Positions 27,206 through 38,494 of a stretch of 64,000 bases of DNA are shown piece after piece. The notes beneath the pieces were generated by a model. That model was not told the origin of the DNA. It made no database searches and saw nothing but the letters and a program-made list of their open reading frames with translations. The first letter of the stretch is position 1; each line of letters starts with the position of its first letter. The position numbers and the translations under genes are program-made. Origin of the DNA: the human T2T-CHM13v2.0 reference genome, Homo sapiens; assembly GCF_009914755.1 (NCBI RefSeq), contig NC_060945.1, one strand, 5' to 3'.

Positions 27206-30200
27206 TCTGCCTGAAAAGAAGAATCATACAGCAATTGAATTACATGAAATATTTTTCACGTGTCAAGCTTTCCTTGATTTGGGTCGCCCAGGTCACTGAG
27301 GGGACCATTCTAATGAACTAGCGTAGCATAAATGGAAGGGAGCTCTCCCTGTGGCCATCTTGTTGTACCCTCCAGTTGGCCATCCCCACTTTTACTGTCT
27401 CTACCACCATATTACAACTCCATTCCATCATCTCTAGGGCAATGACAGAGCTGCTGAAATGGCCCTGCTTCCCCCAGATCAGGTTCATCTCAGGGAATTA
27501 ACAGGTGGAGGCTCTCAGCCTCCAGCATCATTAACCTGATCTTGACTCAGAGGTTAAGTGGACCTGGAAAGAAAGTAAATTGTCTTTCCTCTAAGGAAAT
27601 TTATGTTTAATTGTTCATCATTGTGTTTTGTCATTTACCATATTCTTCCCCCAAACATTCAGTAACAGCAAGAGATTTCTTTTTTGAAATCCAAGACAGA
27701 TAGAGGCTGAAACAATGAAGCTACTGAAAGTGCAGTATACCTTTTACAAATCTATAACACAGTCAAATATCTTGAAAGCCAGGATGACACATAAACCCCT
27801 CCTGGGACCCAAATCACTGCCAAGAGATAGAAGACAAATGGAAAAGAGATAATTTGAACAATAATATTTAAACACAAAATTGATAAATGTAAATGCAGAG
27901 TGATTATGTTAACTTTAATTGGAAAATCAAATTTTTCTTAGCAGAAAGGAGGCTGGAATACTTAAACTGGGATATAGAGAAGTTATATTTAAAATTATGC
28001 TTGCAGGTGTAGCTGCTGTAAATGTTTAATGACAACCCCCTACACCATTTTTACCATGGACAGAGGACTCTGAGCTCCCCAAATGAGCCAACCACATTTT
28101 CGTTTCCCTTCACTGGATAAGCAAACTGGATTCTGTGACAATTTTTTCCTTTTTTTTTAGTTTTGTCCTCACGATCAGTAATACCATGAAAACATTTAAG
28201 TTCACAAAGTGATTTCTTATACATTATCTTAATGATTATCTCCATTTTACAAAAAAGAATCAAAGGTGAAATAATTTGGTCAAAGTTAATAAATGACAGT
28301 CCTCATACTAACATGCAGATTTGTTGATTCCAGAATATAATGGGTACCTTACATTGCAGCCTGGTAGCTTAGTAGTTCAAATTGCCTTTTGGTTGACAAG
28401 AATTAGTTTTATGAATGTCTTATTTTATATAATAATTGAAGTGGAAGACCACATCTCAATGTTTGTTTATTGCTCTGTTTGGTATATAATAGAGCAATAT
28501 TGCAAGAGGCACAAATGGAAGTTAGATACTTAGGATGTCATTTTCCTTTGTGTAGACACCAGTTTCTCTTGTCATATTCCTGGTATGACCTCCTTTGCAT
28601 TTTGTGTATTTTTAATACTGTGAAATGCTCTCTGAAATAAGCCTCATCTTGTACAGAAAGTCTGTATGTTGGAATGGGAAATTGTTTGCCTTAGAATCCA
28701 AGTACTGACTGGGCAGCTTCCTTTATCTCTTCCTCTAAAAGTCAATGTATAATGGAATCATTACCACTCATGCTTAGATGTGAACAGCGTGTTCAATTTA
28801 ATATTCCATTCTAGTAAATACAGTGAATACCTGTTATTCCTCTTCCTGTCCACACCCTTCCCAAGGACCCATAAAAACGGGAGGGGACAGGTGGGGTTTT
28901 CCCTTTTCATAAATCAAGTTTCCTGGAGTTTTCTATTGTTTCAACTGGGATTGGTCTATTAATAAGCAATTAATATCCTGAAACTATCATCCCTTTATGG
29001 AAATTTCCATATTCTTTCTGATAAATAGAAATAGTTTTCCAAATGTATTAAAGGGAAGCAGGAACATCCCTACCCACTTGTCCTTGTACAGGAACATCTA
29101 GGTCATAATCTCTTTTAATTCTGATTTTTTAAAAAATCCATTCAATATAAATAGCAACTGCTTCATATTGGCTAAGACTAGGAAATTTCTCAGACAAAAT
29201 GCTATTAATTTTGCATCTTATTAACTGGATATTATTCTCATGCTTTAACTGCTGCCTGTTTGTGGAAACTTAAGTATATGTTAATTATGCTAAATATAAT
29301 AATTAGAAAAATGAACTAGCTAAATAAAATTCTCAGTAAGCTGGCTAGAAGGAATAGAGAAAAAGAGGAGCAGCCAGGAATGTGGAAGGTAGACAGTATT
29401 CTGTAAACATCTGTCTCAGTACAGAAGCGAAATCATTATAGCTATAGCTCTGGCTTCCCTTAAGCTCCAGAAGCTTGGCAAAAAAAAAAAAAAAAAAAAA
29501 AATCCTAAATATACAGTTTTTCTCCTATGAACATATTTTTAAGGTACAAATTTTCATTTCTGTAAAAGCCCTTTGAGATTTTATAAAACTGTATCTTTTG
29601 CTATTTAGGTGATCTCATCTTGTTCCATGACTACCTCAGACTGGACTTCTCCCTTTGCTCCCCCAAAGTCAATTGGACACCTTTGCTCAGGTGTTTCTAA
29701 AGTAACAGAACCTCATCTGTCTAAATTGAAGAAATTCGTCCGTAAATTGAGCAAAATGGAACAGGCATCTGAAATTTCTAAATATGCAATATTTTATGCC
29801 TGTTCAATAAATATGTTTAACAAGTGAATGCAAAAACAGGATATGCTACTTAAAAATCTAAATGGGCCTAGGGAAATTCACACCTTAATTAATTTTATTC
29901 AAATGATTGCTTGCTTCTTTGTTTTTCCTAAAGTCATGAGTAGTTATTAGGCTGAAAAAATTAATATTAAATACCTTTATTACAATCAGAATGTGTTCCT
30001 ATTGCATCATTTTCTCCTAAAACTTTAATGTGTCTTCTTGTCTCCTTCTTCCCATCCTTATTTGCCTTTTATTTTTATTTTTTATTTTCTTTCTTATCCA
30101 GGAATTTTAAGGATCAATTAATTGAAAAGATATGACTAGCTATCTAAATAGATTTTTTATTATCAAAAACAAATATGAACTTTTAGTCATTTAAAAATCA

Positions 30201-31409
30201 AAATAATATATCAGAAAATAGGCATTTTTGCAAGTGGGCTTTTTTTGCCACCAGGTTTATGGTTTTACTGCTTCCAACCTACCAGTTTATAGAGATAATA
30301 TTCACTTAAAGCAATTTCATAATACTGTCAATGGTTTGCATTTTTTACACTCTACCTAACCATAACAGTATCTGTATAACATTGTAGTTTAGCATTGTTA
30401 CTGGTTAAATTCCAAGCTAAGAACTTGATTAGAATAAGACACCTCTGATCCTTGAATCAACCCTTTTCATACAGTCTATTTTTAGAACAAGTTATGTAGT
30501 GTGTGGTGTGTCCAATAGGGTGAACGTGATGAAATGTATAAAACCTTACAAGTAAGAATGAAGCCCATTAGTCAAATTGTGCTTTTAATCTGTAAAGGCA
30601 TTACATCATAAGTCATTTAGAGGAAAGGGTAGAGTTTCCTCTTGAATTCATTACAGCATGAAAAGTAACATTTAGAAGGTAGAGTTTACAAAATGAAATT
30701 GTACCTCTCAGGTAGAAGCAATTTTCCCATGAGAAAGTACACCTTCTACTTAAAAAGAGACCAACTGTATTATTTCTCTATTCCATCATGTATAAGTGAC
30801 TGGAAACTTCTGAGCTCACTAGTAAACTTTCTAGAACTCTCAATGCAAAGAAAATGAGGCAGTGCAAATCAGGGCTCTATAAAAATACAGCAAAGAGAGG
30901 CCATTTCATTTGAGGAAATGTTATATGTAGATATTTTTAACTTGAGTCTAGAAAATTTTCTAGAAGTATAAATATGTAGCTTAAATATGTTTCTTAAAGA
31001 TCACTGGATAACTAAAACTGATGGCTTGCCTCACATCCTTGTCTTAAGATTCACCTGCTTAATACCCAGGAACTCCTGAAATTTAAATACTTGATTAAAC
31101 ATTAAGACACCTGAAAATTAAAAGTTTAATGTAATCATCTGACCTCAAATTATGCCAAAAATAAAACTGCTCCTTTTCTAAAATGATTAATAAAAAAGAT
31201 GGCAATGAAAAATTGTAACACAAAAAGCAGATGGGTATCGATTCACTTCTCTTCCAAACAAAGTCTTTGCAACTCAGCTTTCTCATTGTAAATGTAGAGT
31301 TTTACAAATCCTTACCTACTTCTCAAATTTAACTGGAAAATAAATTGAAATGATGTATGTGAAAGTATTAAAACTATGAGCCATATCAGTGCAATATGAT
31401 GAAGAGTTG

Positions 31410-31780
31410 AGGTAATTTGAAAATATTTAGCCTGGAGAAAAGAAGACTCACATGAAATAGGATAGATGTCTTAAGATACTTCAAAGGCTGAACCATGGAA
31501 GGGATTAGAACTATTCAAAATGACCTGCAAAACACACATACACACACGCACACACACACACGCACACACCAATAGATAGAAGTAACAGAAAAATAGATTT
31601 GGGCTCAATAAAAGAAAATACGTTTCTAACAGAGTTTTTAGAAGCTATGAGCTTTGCCACACTAGAAATGCTCCAACGGAAGTAGAAGACATTATTATAC
31701 TAATGCTGAGGGGATAGTTCATATCTCAAACTGGCAACTGAGCTATATGATCTGTAAAATCCCTTCCAGAGTCAAGAATC
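31410..31780 (+). mobile_element. L3/CR1 3' fragment containing a (CA)n tract (31531-31569)
   Basis: TTTAGCCTGGAGAAAAGAAGACT...TCTTAAGATACTTCAAAGGCTG...TCCCTTCCA, characteristic of L3. Confidence 0.65.
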
Positions 31781-32723
31781 TAGTATTTGAAACATATAGA
31801 GTATAATTGTTATTGTTTTTATTGTATTGTTATTTTCAATATTCTCTTCATAAGTGTCTAATGTACCTTAAGCATCGGCTTCATAAAGCTATAAGATCCT
31901 CTCACAGAGGCAAGATTCTTATACCTTTGTCATCTCTACAATTTGGAGAAAGTAAAAGGCAGAAGTGTCAGGAGTGAGCCTACCAGGAAATACATCCAAC
32001 CAAGCAAATATGCAACAGGCTGGAAGAGAGACAGGTAGGAGAGGCACAAAGACAAGGTTAAGGAGTTATCTAATGGCATTACTTTCCCTGGGACTAGTTC
32101 TGTGTCTGCACACAATGGAGAAATAGATGTTTTGTATAATTTCAGTTTAGCCAAACTGATAGGATCCATGATGCTAAGATCTTTATATACAGCTATGAGT
32201 AAATAAAATGTGCATAAAGAATTGATTATCAAAGTAATTTATTATAATTATTAAGAATAGAAACATGTATCACTTAATTAATTAGATTACATATAGTCTA
32301 GTTAACTCAGACCTTATCCTTTTCTTTTCTTCAATATCAATGTTCTTGTTGTTGTTTTGCCATGATTACCCAGATAATTTCCTCAAAGCTCTGTATCTTT
32401 GCCTTTCTGGAAACACGCTGGGCATGCTCTGAACACAATGCTAAGTCTCAGAAAATGTTCTAAAAACTTTGCCAGCCCATTTGCCTAGGAAGTCTGGAAC
32501 TGCCTGTTAGGCCAAATCCTTCAGTATCAAATTTAAAGCATCCCCAATATTAAATCAAAGGGACATCAAATTTTATTTAATAAATATGATAAGGTGTTTT
32601 GTCGCTCAGAGTTGGAACTATAAAGATAAACATCATCAATGAGATACTGTGGTCCAACAGACCTATTTTCAATCTCTCTGACTCCCATTCCAAAATATGT
32701 AAGTACACTTATCTACTTGCCTC

Positions 32724-32790
32724 AGATGAATCCAGATGAATCCAAGTAATTCATCCAAGATGAATCCAAGTAATTCATCCAAGATGAATC
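32724..32790 (+). repeat. Short tandem repeat, 24-bp unit x2 plus partial units
   Basis: AGATGAATCCAAGTAATTCATCCA at 32734-32757 and 32758-32781. Confidence 0.93.
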
Positions 32791-33710
32791 TTTTTAAAGA
32801 AATTTCACAAATAAGGTAAATATTAGTTCTAAAACCCCATTAAATAGAATATTAAATTGACTGATACATTTGAGTGTGGAGCAAATGACAATTTTAAAAA
32901 GTTGATTAAATGTAAAGGAATACATACAATCAAATAAAGAAATTAATTTCAAGTATCATTTCTTAAATTAGCATATAATTATACATAGCTGAAAAGTCCA
33001 TTTAAAATAAATATGGCAACATAGTTAAGTTGTGGCTTGCCTAAAGCTGAGAATCATTAGTGTTCAGACATCTGACAAGAAATGGAAACTCTGGTGAAAT
33101 CCAAAGTTCTTGAAGTATTCAAAAAAAAGTCACTCTGTTATAAAAACAGCACTGTTTCATTCCTCAACCTCTTTTTTTTTCTTTTTAGCCACTAGAACCC
33201 ACTAAAATAATTGTTAAGGTTATAAATCATTTCAACAGAAAGCAAAAGCTCAGAAAAATCAAACATTTAGCTGGCTGGAAATCACACACTAAACGAGAAG
33301 TTAAAACTAAACTTTTGAATTTATAAGATGATAACAGTTATTTGTGTTTTATTCAAGTCTGAAAATATTTAATTTGTTGCAACTAAATAGAGTTCAGATG
33401 AAGACAGATAAGTAAAAATTCGCTTCTTTCCTGGTAGTGCAAAATGATAATGAAAACACAAAATGTTTGAAATCAGCTGAAACATAACACCAGGAAAGAA
33501 CACGCGTACACAATTCTTTACTTGCCTTGTTTCATCTTCTCTCTCTCTCCTTCATGAATCTCCATCCTTTTAAGATGGAGAAGACAAGAAAGAGTGAGTT
33601 GGAGGGGAGGGTAAGAGGAGGTAGTCAGAACTGCTACTAAAGAAAAGCTTGGGCAGGAGAGAAAACATTGAAGCAAGATTCTTCAATCTCAGCCTGCTCC
33701 TTTATGAAAC

Positions 33711-33734
33711 ATATATATATATATATATATATAT
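33711..33734. repeat. (AT)n microsatellite
   Basis: Direct reading. Confidence 0.95.
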
Positions 33735-33796
33735 AATCTGAGTCAATAATGGTATGTATCCAATTTGGAAGCATAATTTCTATTATGCCTAAGAGC

Positions 33797-35421
33797 ATGG
33801 CCAATTTCCTGGGTGTTACACTTGGGTAGTTGCACAGGGCAACTACAGAAAGGGCCAGGCTCTTGGTCTAATGCTTTGCTGTAGTCATCTTGACATTTTA
33901 AGAATCTCACCTTTGAGCCTGTGTTTCATACATTTAGTCCACAGGGACAATGAAACATGTACGTGAGCAGGGGACATACCCTGGAAAGCAGCCAGGGCAC
34001 GCAGGGACTCAGGCCCTGTTACTGCTAGCAGTCAGCAGCAGGGAGCATTTGGCCTGGTCAACCACTGCACACACCTGGGGCAGTCTTGGGCACCTTGCAG
34101 CCTCAAGGGGGCAGCCTAGCTAAGACTCTGGCCCAGATTGTCACTGACAATGGCGGCAGTATCAAAAGCAGTAGTAGTGAGAGTAACAGCTGCAGCCCTA
34201 CAGGAAAAGAGAATCTCCCAAGGGGAAAGGACCCTCAGAATGAGAGACCAGCTGGCCTGGCTATCCTGCAACCAATTTCTGCAGTATCTGTGCAAATACC
34301 CACTCCCTGGCCTACGAGCAGGGACAGGAACTTCCAGTGCTCAGGCAGTATATTTTATCAGTAAGCGATTACACTTTAAAAGCAGGCACATGGACACTGC
34401 AATAAAATAAATTAGGGAGCTATTAGGATTTTTCAGAGTTTCGGATCTCTGGTTTAAAATCTGCTAGAATATTGCAAAGTAAATATCCATAGGCTTAGAA
34501 GAAGAAACTAAAAATTGTTGCAATTGATGGAAAAGAGCATTCTTTTCATGTGATACTTCAGATAAATTATTAGTGAGAATGAAAATTTTAAATCTAATTT
34601 AACTTGTAACTGAAGATAAAGTGATAGAATGTATAAACAAATATATCCAATTCTAAACAAATCATGAACCACTTTCAGTTTCTTGTATGACCTCCCTAAA
34701 ATACAGAAATGTCAGAGGAAACATTAAATGCCACTATATAAATGTGCATTTAATTCATATTTCTACAAAACTGATTTGTATGAAAAGTTAAATCTTTTTG
34801 AAAAAACCGTTCCCCGAGATTCTTTAGCTCTAGATGTACTAAAATTTATATTTTGAAATAATTTATCAGAAAATAAATTCATTAAAAGTATAAATTGTGT
34901 TGTACCAATAAATAAATTCCCAGATAAGCAAGCCAGAAAAATTATGCAATGAATCATTATATCCCACCAATAAAGTTTTATAACATATTCTGTTGTCACC
35001 AAAAATATTACTGTTTGCATTTATAAGTTTATGTTTACTCATTTATTACTATTGCCCTTATTGCATGTTATAAATAAAATATTTTTACATGAAAAGGCTT
35101 TATATTAAGGTTTTGGTCCAGTTTTGCTAAAATATAAATTCCAAAACCCTATGCTGAATTAAGTGTGAATCCACTGTTATGCCAACCATTCGAATCAGAA
35201 TCACCTGGAATTCTTATTAAATATACAAATCCCTTGGCCTCACCCCAGACCTATTCTGTCAGAGCCCCTTGGGAAGGCAGGGCTGCAGGGAGACATGAGC
35301 ATTTGCCTTTATAATGAGCTCCCAAAGTTCCTTTAACCACACTTCCTTTATTTGCTTTTTGAAGAAAGGGCACTGCGTGTTAATTTTGCATTTTCCCCCA
35401 CAAATTATGTAGCAGGCTCCA
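33797..35421 (+). mobile_element. hAT-Tip100 DNA transposon, Zaphod/MER91 type, internally deleted
   Basis: MER91-like left end (GTTGCACAGGGC..AGAAAGGGCC..CTTGGTCTAATGCT) and right end (TTTTGCA..CCCCACAAATTATGTAGCAGGC); transposase-like remnant DLYEKLNLFEK..ALDVLKFIF*NNLSE near 34770-34870; MER5-like insert at ~35190-35335. Confidence 0.72.
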
Positions 35422-35861
35422 CCTGAGAGGAAGTAAACTTTGAGATCATTTTATGACTGAGAAGACTGAAATCCATGAGGGTTGAATGGCTCAGCCGTGA
35501 TTTCAAAGCTAGCTATGGAGAACAAATTTCTAGACTTTGAATTTGAGAGGATAGAGCCTGGAGCTGATCAAGAACCCACTTAGAAACCTCCAAATTATTA
35601 GAAGATATGGATCTGCTCCTTAGAGCTAACTTTCCTGGGTAATCAAGACCACAGGGAAACAGAGACGCAGCTGAGGGTGCACAGTAAGCAGCCAGAGCAT
35701 AGAAAACAAAGAAGGGGATGCTCTGCCAGCCTGCCATCCAATAGGGAAATGAGTCATTGGACTTAGCCAGATCTACTGATCCTTTTCTTTTCAGTGAACA
35801 CTTGCAAAAACAAATCTCAAGCAAGAATGGATCAAATAAACGTTTTCTTTAAACACTTTCA

Positions 35862-36500
35862 TGGTAAGGGTGTGGTGAAATTGTAATCCTTGTGGATCGT
35901 TGGTGAGAATGTAACATGCTGCAGCCACCATAGAAAACAGTTCAGAGTCTCCACATAGAATTACCACATGATCCAGCAATTCCATGACTAGACATAGACC
36001 CCAAAGAATTAAAACAGAGGCTCAAACAGACCAATGTTTGTAGCAGTATTATTCACAATAGCCAGTTAGAAACCCAAGTATCTATCAACAGACGAATGAA
36101 TAAACAACACGCGGTATACACATAAAATGAAGTATTATCTAGCCACGTACAAGAATGAAATCCTGATGCATGTTACAATATAGATAACTTTGAAAGCATT
36201 ATGCTAAATGAGATGGCAGACACAATATTGTATAACTTCATTCATATGAGGTACCTAGAATGGTGAAATTCACAAAGACAGAAAGTAGAATGGAGGTTAC
36301 CACAGGCTGAAGTGGGGGGAATGGGGATTTATTGTTTAATGCGTACAGAATTTCAGTTGTGATCATGAAAAAGCTCCGGAAATAGAGACCAGTGATTATC
36401 ACACACCATGGTAAATGTACATATTGTCACTGAATTATACATTTAAACATGGTTAAAATGGTAAGTTTTATGTTATATGCATTTCACTACAGTAAAAAAT
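35862..36500 (+). mobile_element. L1MB 3' fragment
   Basis: TTGGTGAGAATGTAA..GCAGCCAC..ATGATCCAGCAATTCCA..GACAGAAAGTAGAATGGAGGTTACC..A-rich end. Confidence 0.88.
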
Positions 36501-36891
36501 AAACTATGATAAGATATAAATAATTTTTTTAAAAAACTCTAGGCCCCTACAAAACATATTGTCTGGGTTCCAGATTATTTTCATTTCCTTATCAATTTAA
36601 TATCTCAGAAATTAAAATCAAAGTTCTAAAAATATCCCCAATCACTATTGACATTTGAGTGCCCAAAGGCAATGGTAAATCCAATTTATAGTAGAACTGA
36701 TTTGAAGAATATTATGAACAAATGAGAAATGTGAGAACATTTAACTGTCTCAGAATCATTGAATTTTAGAGTTAGAGAGAACTTCAGATATCTTGTTCAA
36801 TGTTTTCCAAAATGTATTTCACTGACCACTCATCCCACAATATATTCCATCATAAAAGGGTTCTATGCCAAGTCATCATAAAGAGACTACA

Positions 36892-37385
36892 CTTTATTTT
36901 TTTATTATTTATTTATTTTTTTGAAACAGGGTCTTACTCTGTTGCCCAGGCTGGAGTGCAGTGGCCCCATCATGGCTCACTGCAGCCTTGACCTCCCTGG
37001 GCTCAGGTGATTCTCCTGCCTCAGCCTCCCAAGTAGCTGGGACCACAGGCATGCGCCACCATACCCAGCTAATTTCTGGGCCTGGGTTGGCTTCTCTCTA
37101 GCTATTTGACTTTAGGTGAATCACCCCAACCTTCTGATTTCCAGTTTTCTCATTAGCAAAATGAATGGGTTGAATTAGATCAATGTTTCCTCCAAAAGGA
37201 CCTGTGATTAAATGAGTTTGGGGGGAAAGGAGGTAAAGATAAGCAGTGGTCTATACTGCGTTGATTCTGAAACCATTTCCACAGAGTCATCCACCACAGA
37301 TTTACCCAGTATATTTGGAGAGAGGGGGGTTTGTCACGTTGCCCAGACTGGTCTCAAACTCCTGGGCTCAAGCTATTTGCCCTCC
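36892..37385 (-). mobile_element. AluJ split at its middle A-linker by a 234-bp insertion
   Basis: Right arm 36892-37075 (CATCATGGCTCACTGCAGCCTTGACC, J-type); left-arm part resumes at ~37309-37385. Confidence 0.9.
37072..37305 (-). repeat. Inverted duplicate (recipient copy) of 38261-38494
   Basis: 228/234 identical to the reverse complement, no indels (hand alignment). Confidence 0.97.
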
Positions 37386-37443
37386 TGTAGACATCAGCAA
37401 ATCAGCCCTGTGCATTTTAAATAAACCAGACCTGTTTTGCATG

Positions 37444-37612
37444 CCAGTGATTCTCAAATTGTAAAGAACACAGTAATCACCTGGGGGTCTTGCAGAAGTG
37501 CAGATTCTGATTAAGAAGGTCTGGGTGGAATCCAGGAATTAGCATTTTTAACAAGCTCTCAGTGCTGCTGCCGCTGTTGGTCCTGGATCATATATTCTGA
37601 GACAAGGCTAGA
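37444..37612. mobile_element. MER5A
   Basis: CAGTGATTCTCAAA...AATCACCTGGG...GCAGATTCTGATT...GCATTTTTAACAAGCTC. Confidence 0.82.
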
Positions 37613-37779
37613 GAAGGCACTGCAACCTCGGACAGCACAGGGGTGAGAGTGTGCAGGTAGGTAGGGCCATACCAGTTGTGAAAATATTGACATACTTCCA
37701 TGCTGACTGATAAGTAACCACTGAAGGAGCATCCAGACTCCCCAGGATCCAGAAACAAACACCAGATTCCACTTGGGGG

Positions 37780-38132
37780 TGATATGGTTTGGCTGTGTCC
37801 CCACCCAAATCTCACCTTGAACTGTAATAATCCCCATGTGTGAAGGGTGGGGCCAGGTGGAGATAATTGAATCATGGGGGTGGTTTCCCCCATACTCTTC
37901 TCGTGGTAGTGAATAAGTCTCATGAGATCTGATGATTTTATAAGTGGGAGTTCCACTACACAAGCCCTTCTTCTTGCTACCATGTAAGACATGACTTTCC
38001 TCCTCCTTCACTTCTGCCATGATTGTGAGGCCTTCCCGGTCATGTAGAACTGTGAGAATTAAACCTCTTTCCTTTATAAATTACCCAGTCTTGGGTGTGT
38101 CTTTATCAGCAGCATGAGAACAGACTAGTAGA
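37780..38132 (+). mobile_element. THE1 solo LTR
   Basis: TGATATGGTTTGGCTGTGTCCCCACCCAAATCTCA...GAGAACAGACTAGTA; TSD GGGGG. Confidence 0.94.
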
Positions 38133-38260
38133 GGGGGTCTCAGAGCCACTTCAGAGTTGCAGCCAGCATTCATTCTGATTGGTCAATGACAGGCTGAACA
38201 GTTGTTTACTGTTTAAAGTAGGTTACCCTGGAAAAGGTCTTACCAGACAGGCAGCTCCCA

Positions 38261-38494
38261 GTAAATCTGTGGTGGATGACTCTGTGGAAATGGTTTCAGA
38301 ATCAATGCAGTATAGACCCCTGCTTATCTTTACCTCCTTTTCCCCCAGACTCATTTAATCACAGGTCCTTTTGGAGGAAACATTGATCTAATTCAACCCA
38401 TTCATTTTGCTAATGAGAAAACTGGAAATCAGAAGGTTGGGGTGATTCACCTAAAGTCATATAGCTAGAGAGAAGCCAACACAGGCCCAGAAAT
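38261..38494 (+). repeat. Donor copy of the inverted duplication, includes part of a MIR
   Basis: MIR-like sequence ~38395-38510 runs on past the duplication end. Confidence 0.95.

Noticed and set aside
27320-27385. Possible CTCF/YY1 sites
   Set aside because: CTCF core mismatched; a lone GCCATCTT is not enough.
37559-38020. 153-aa and 134-aa ORFs
   Set aside because: Read through the THE1 LTR and MER5A; typical repeat-derived ORFs.
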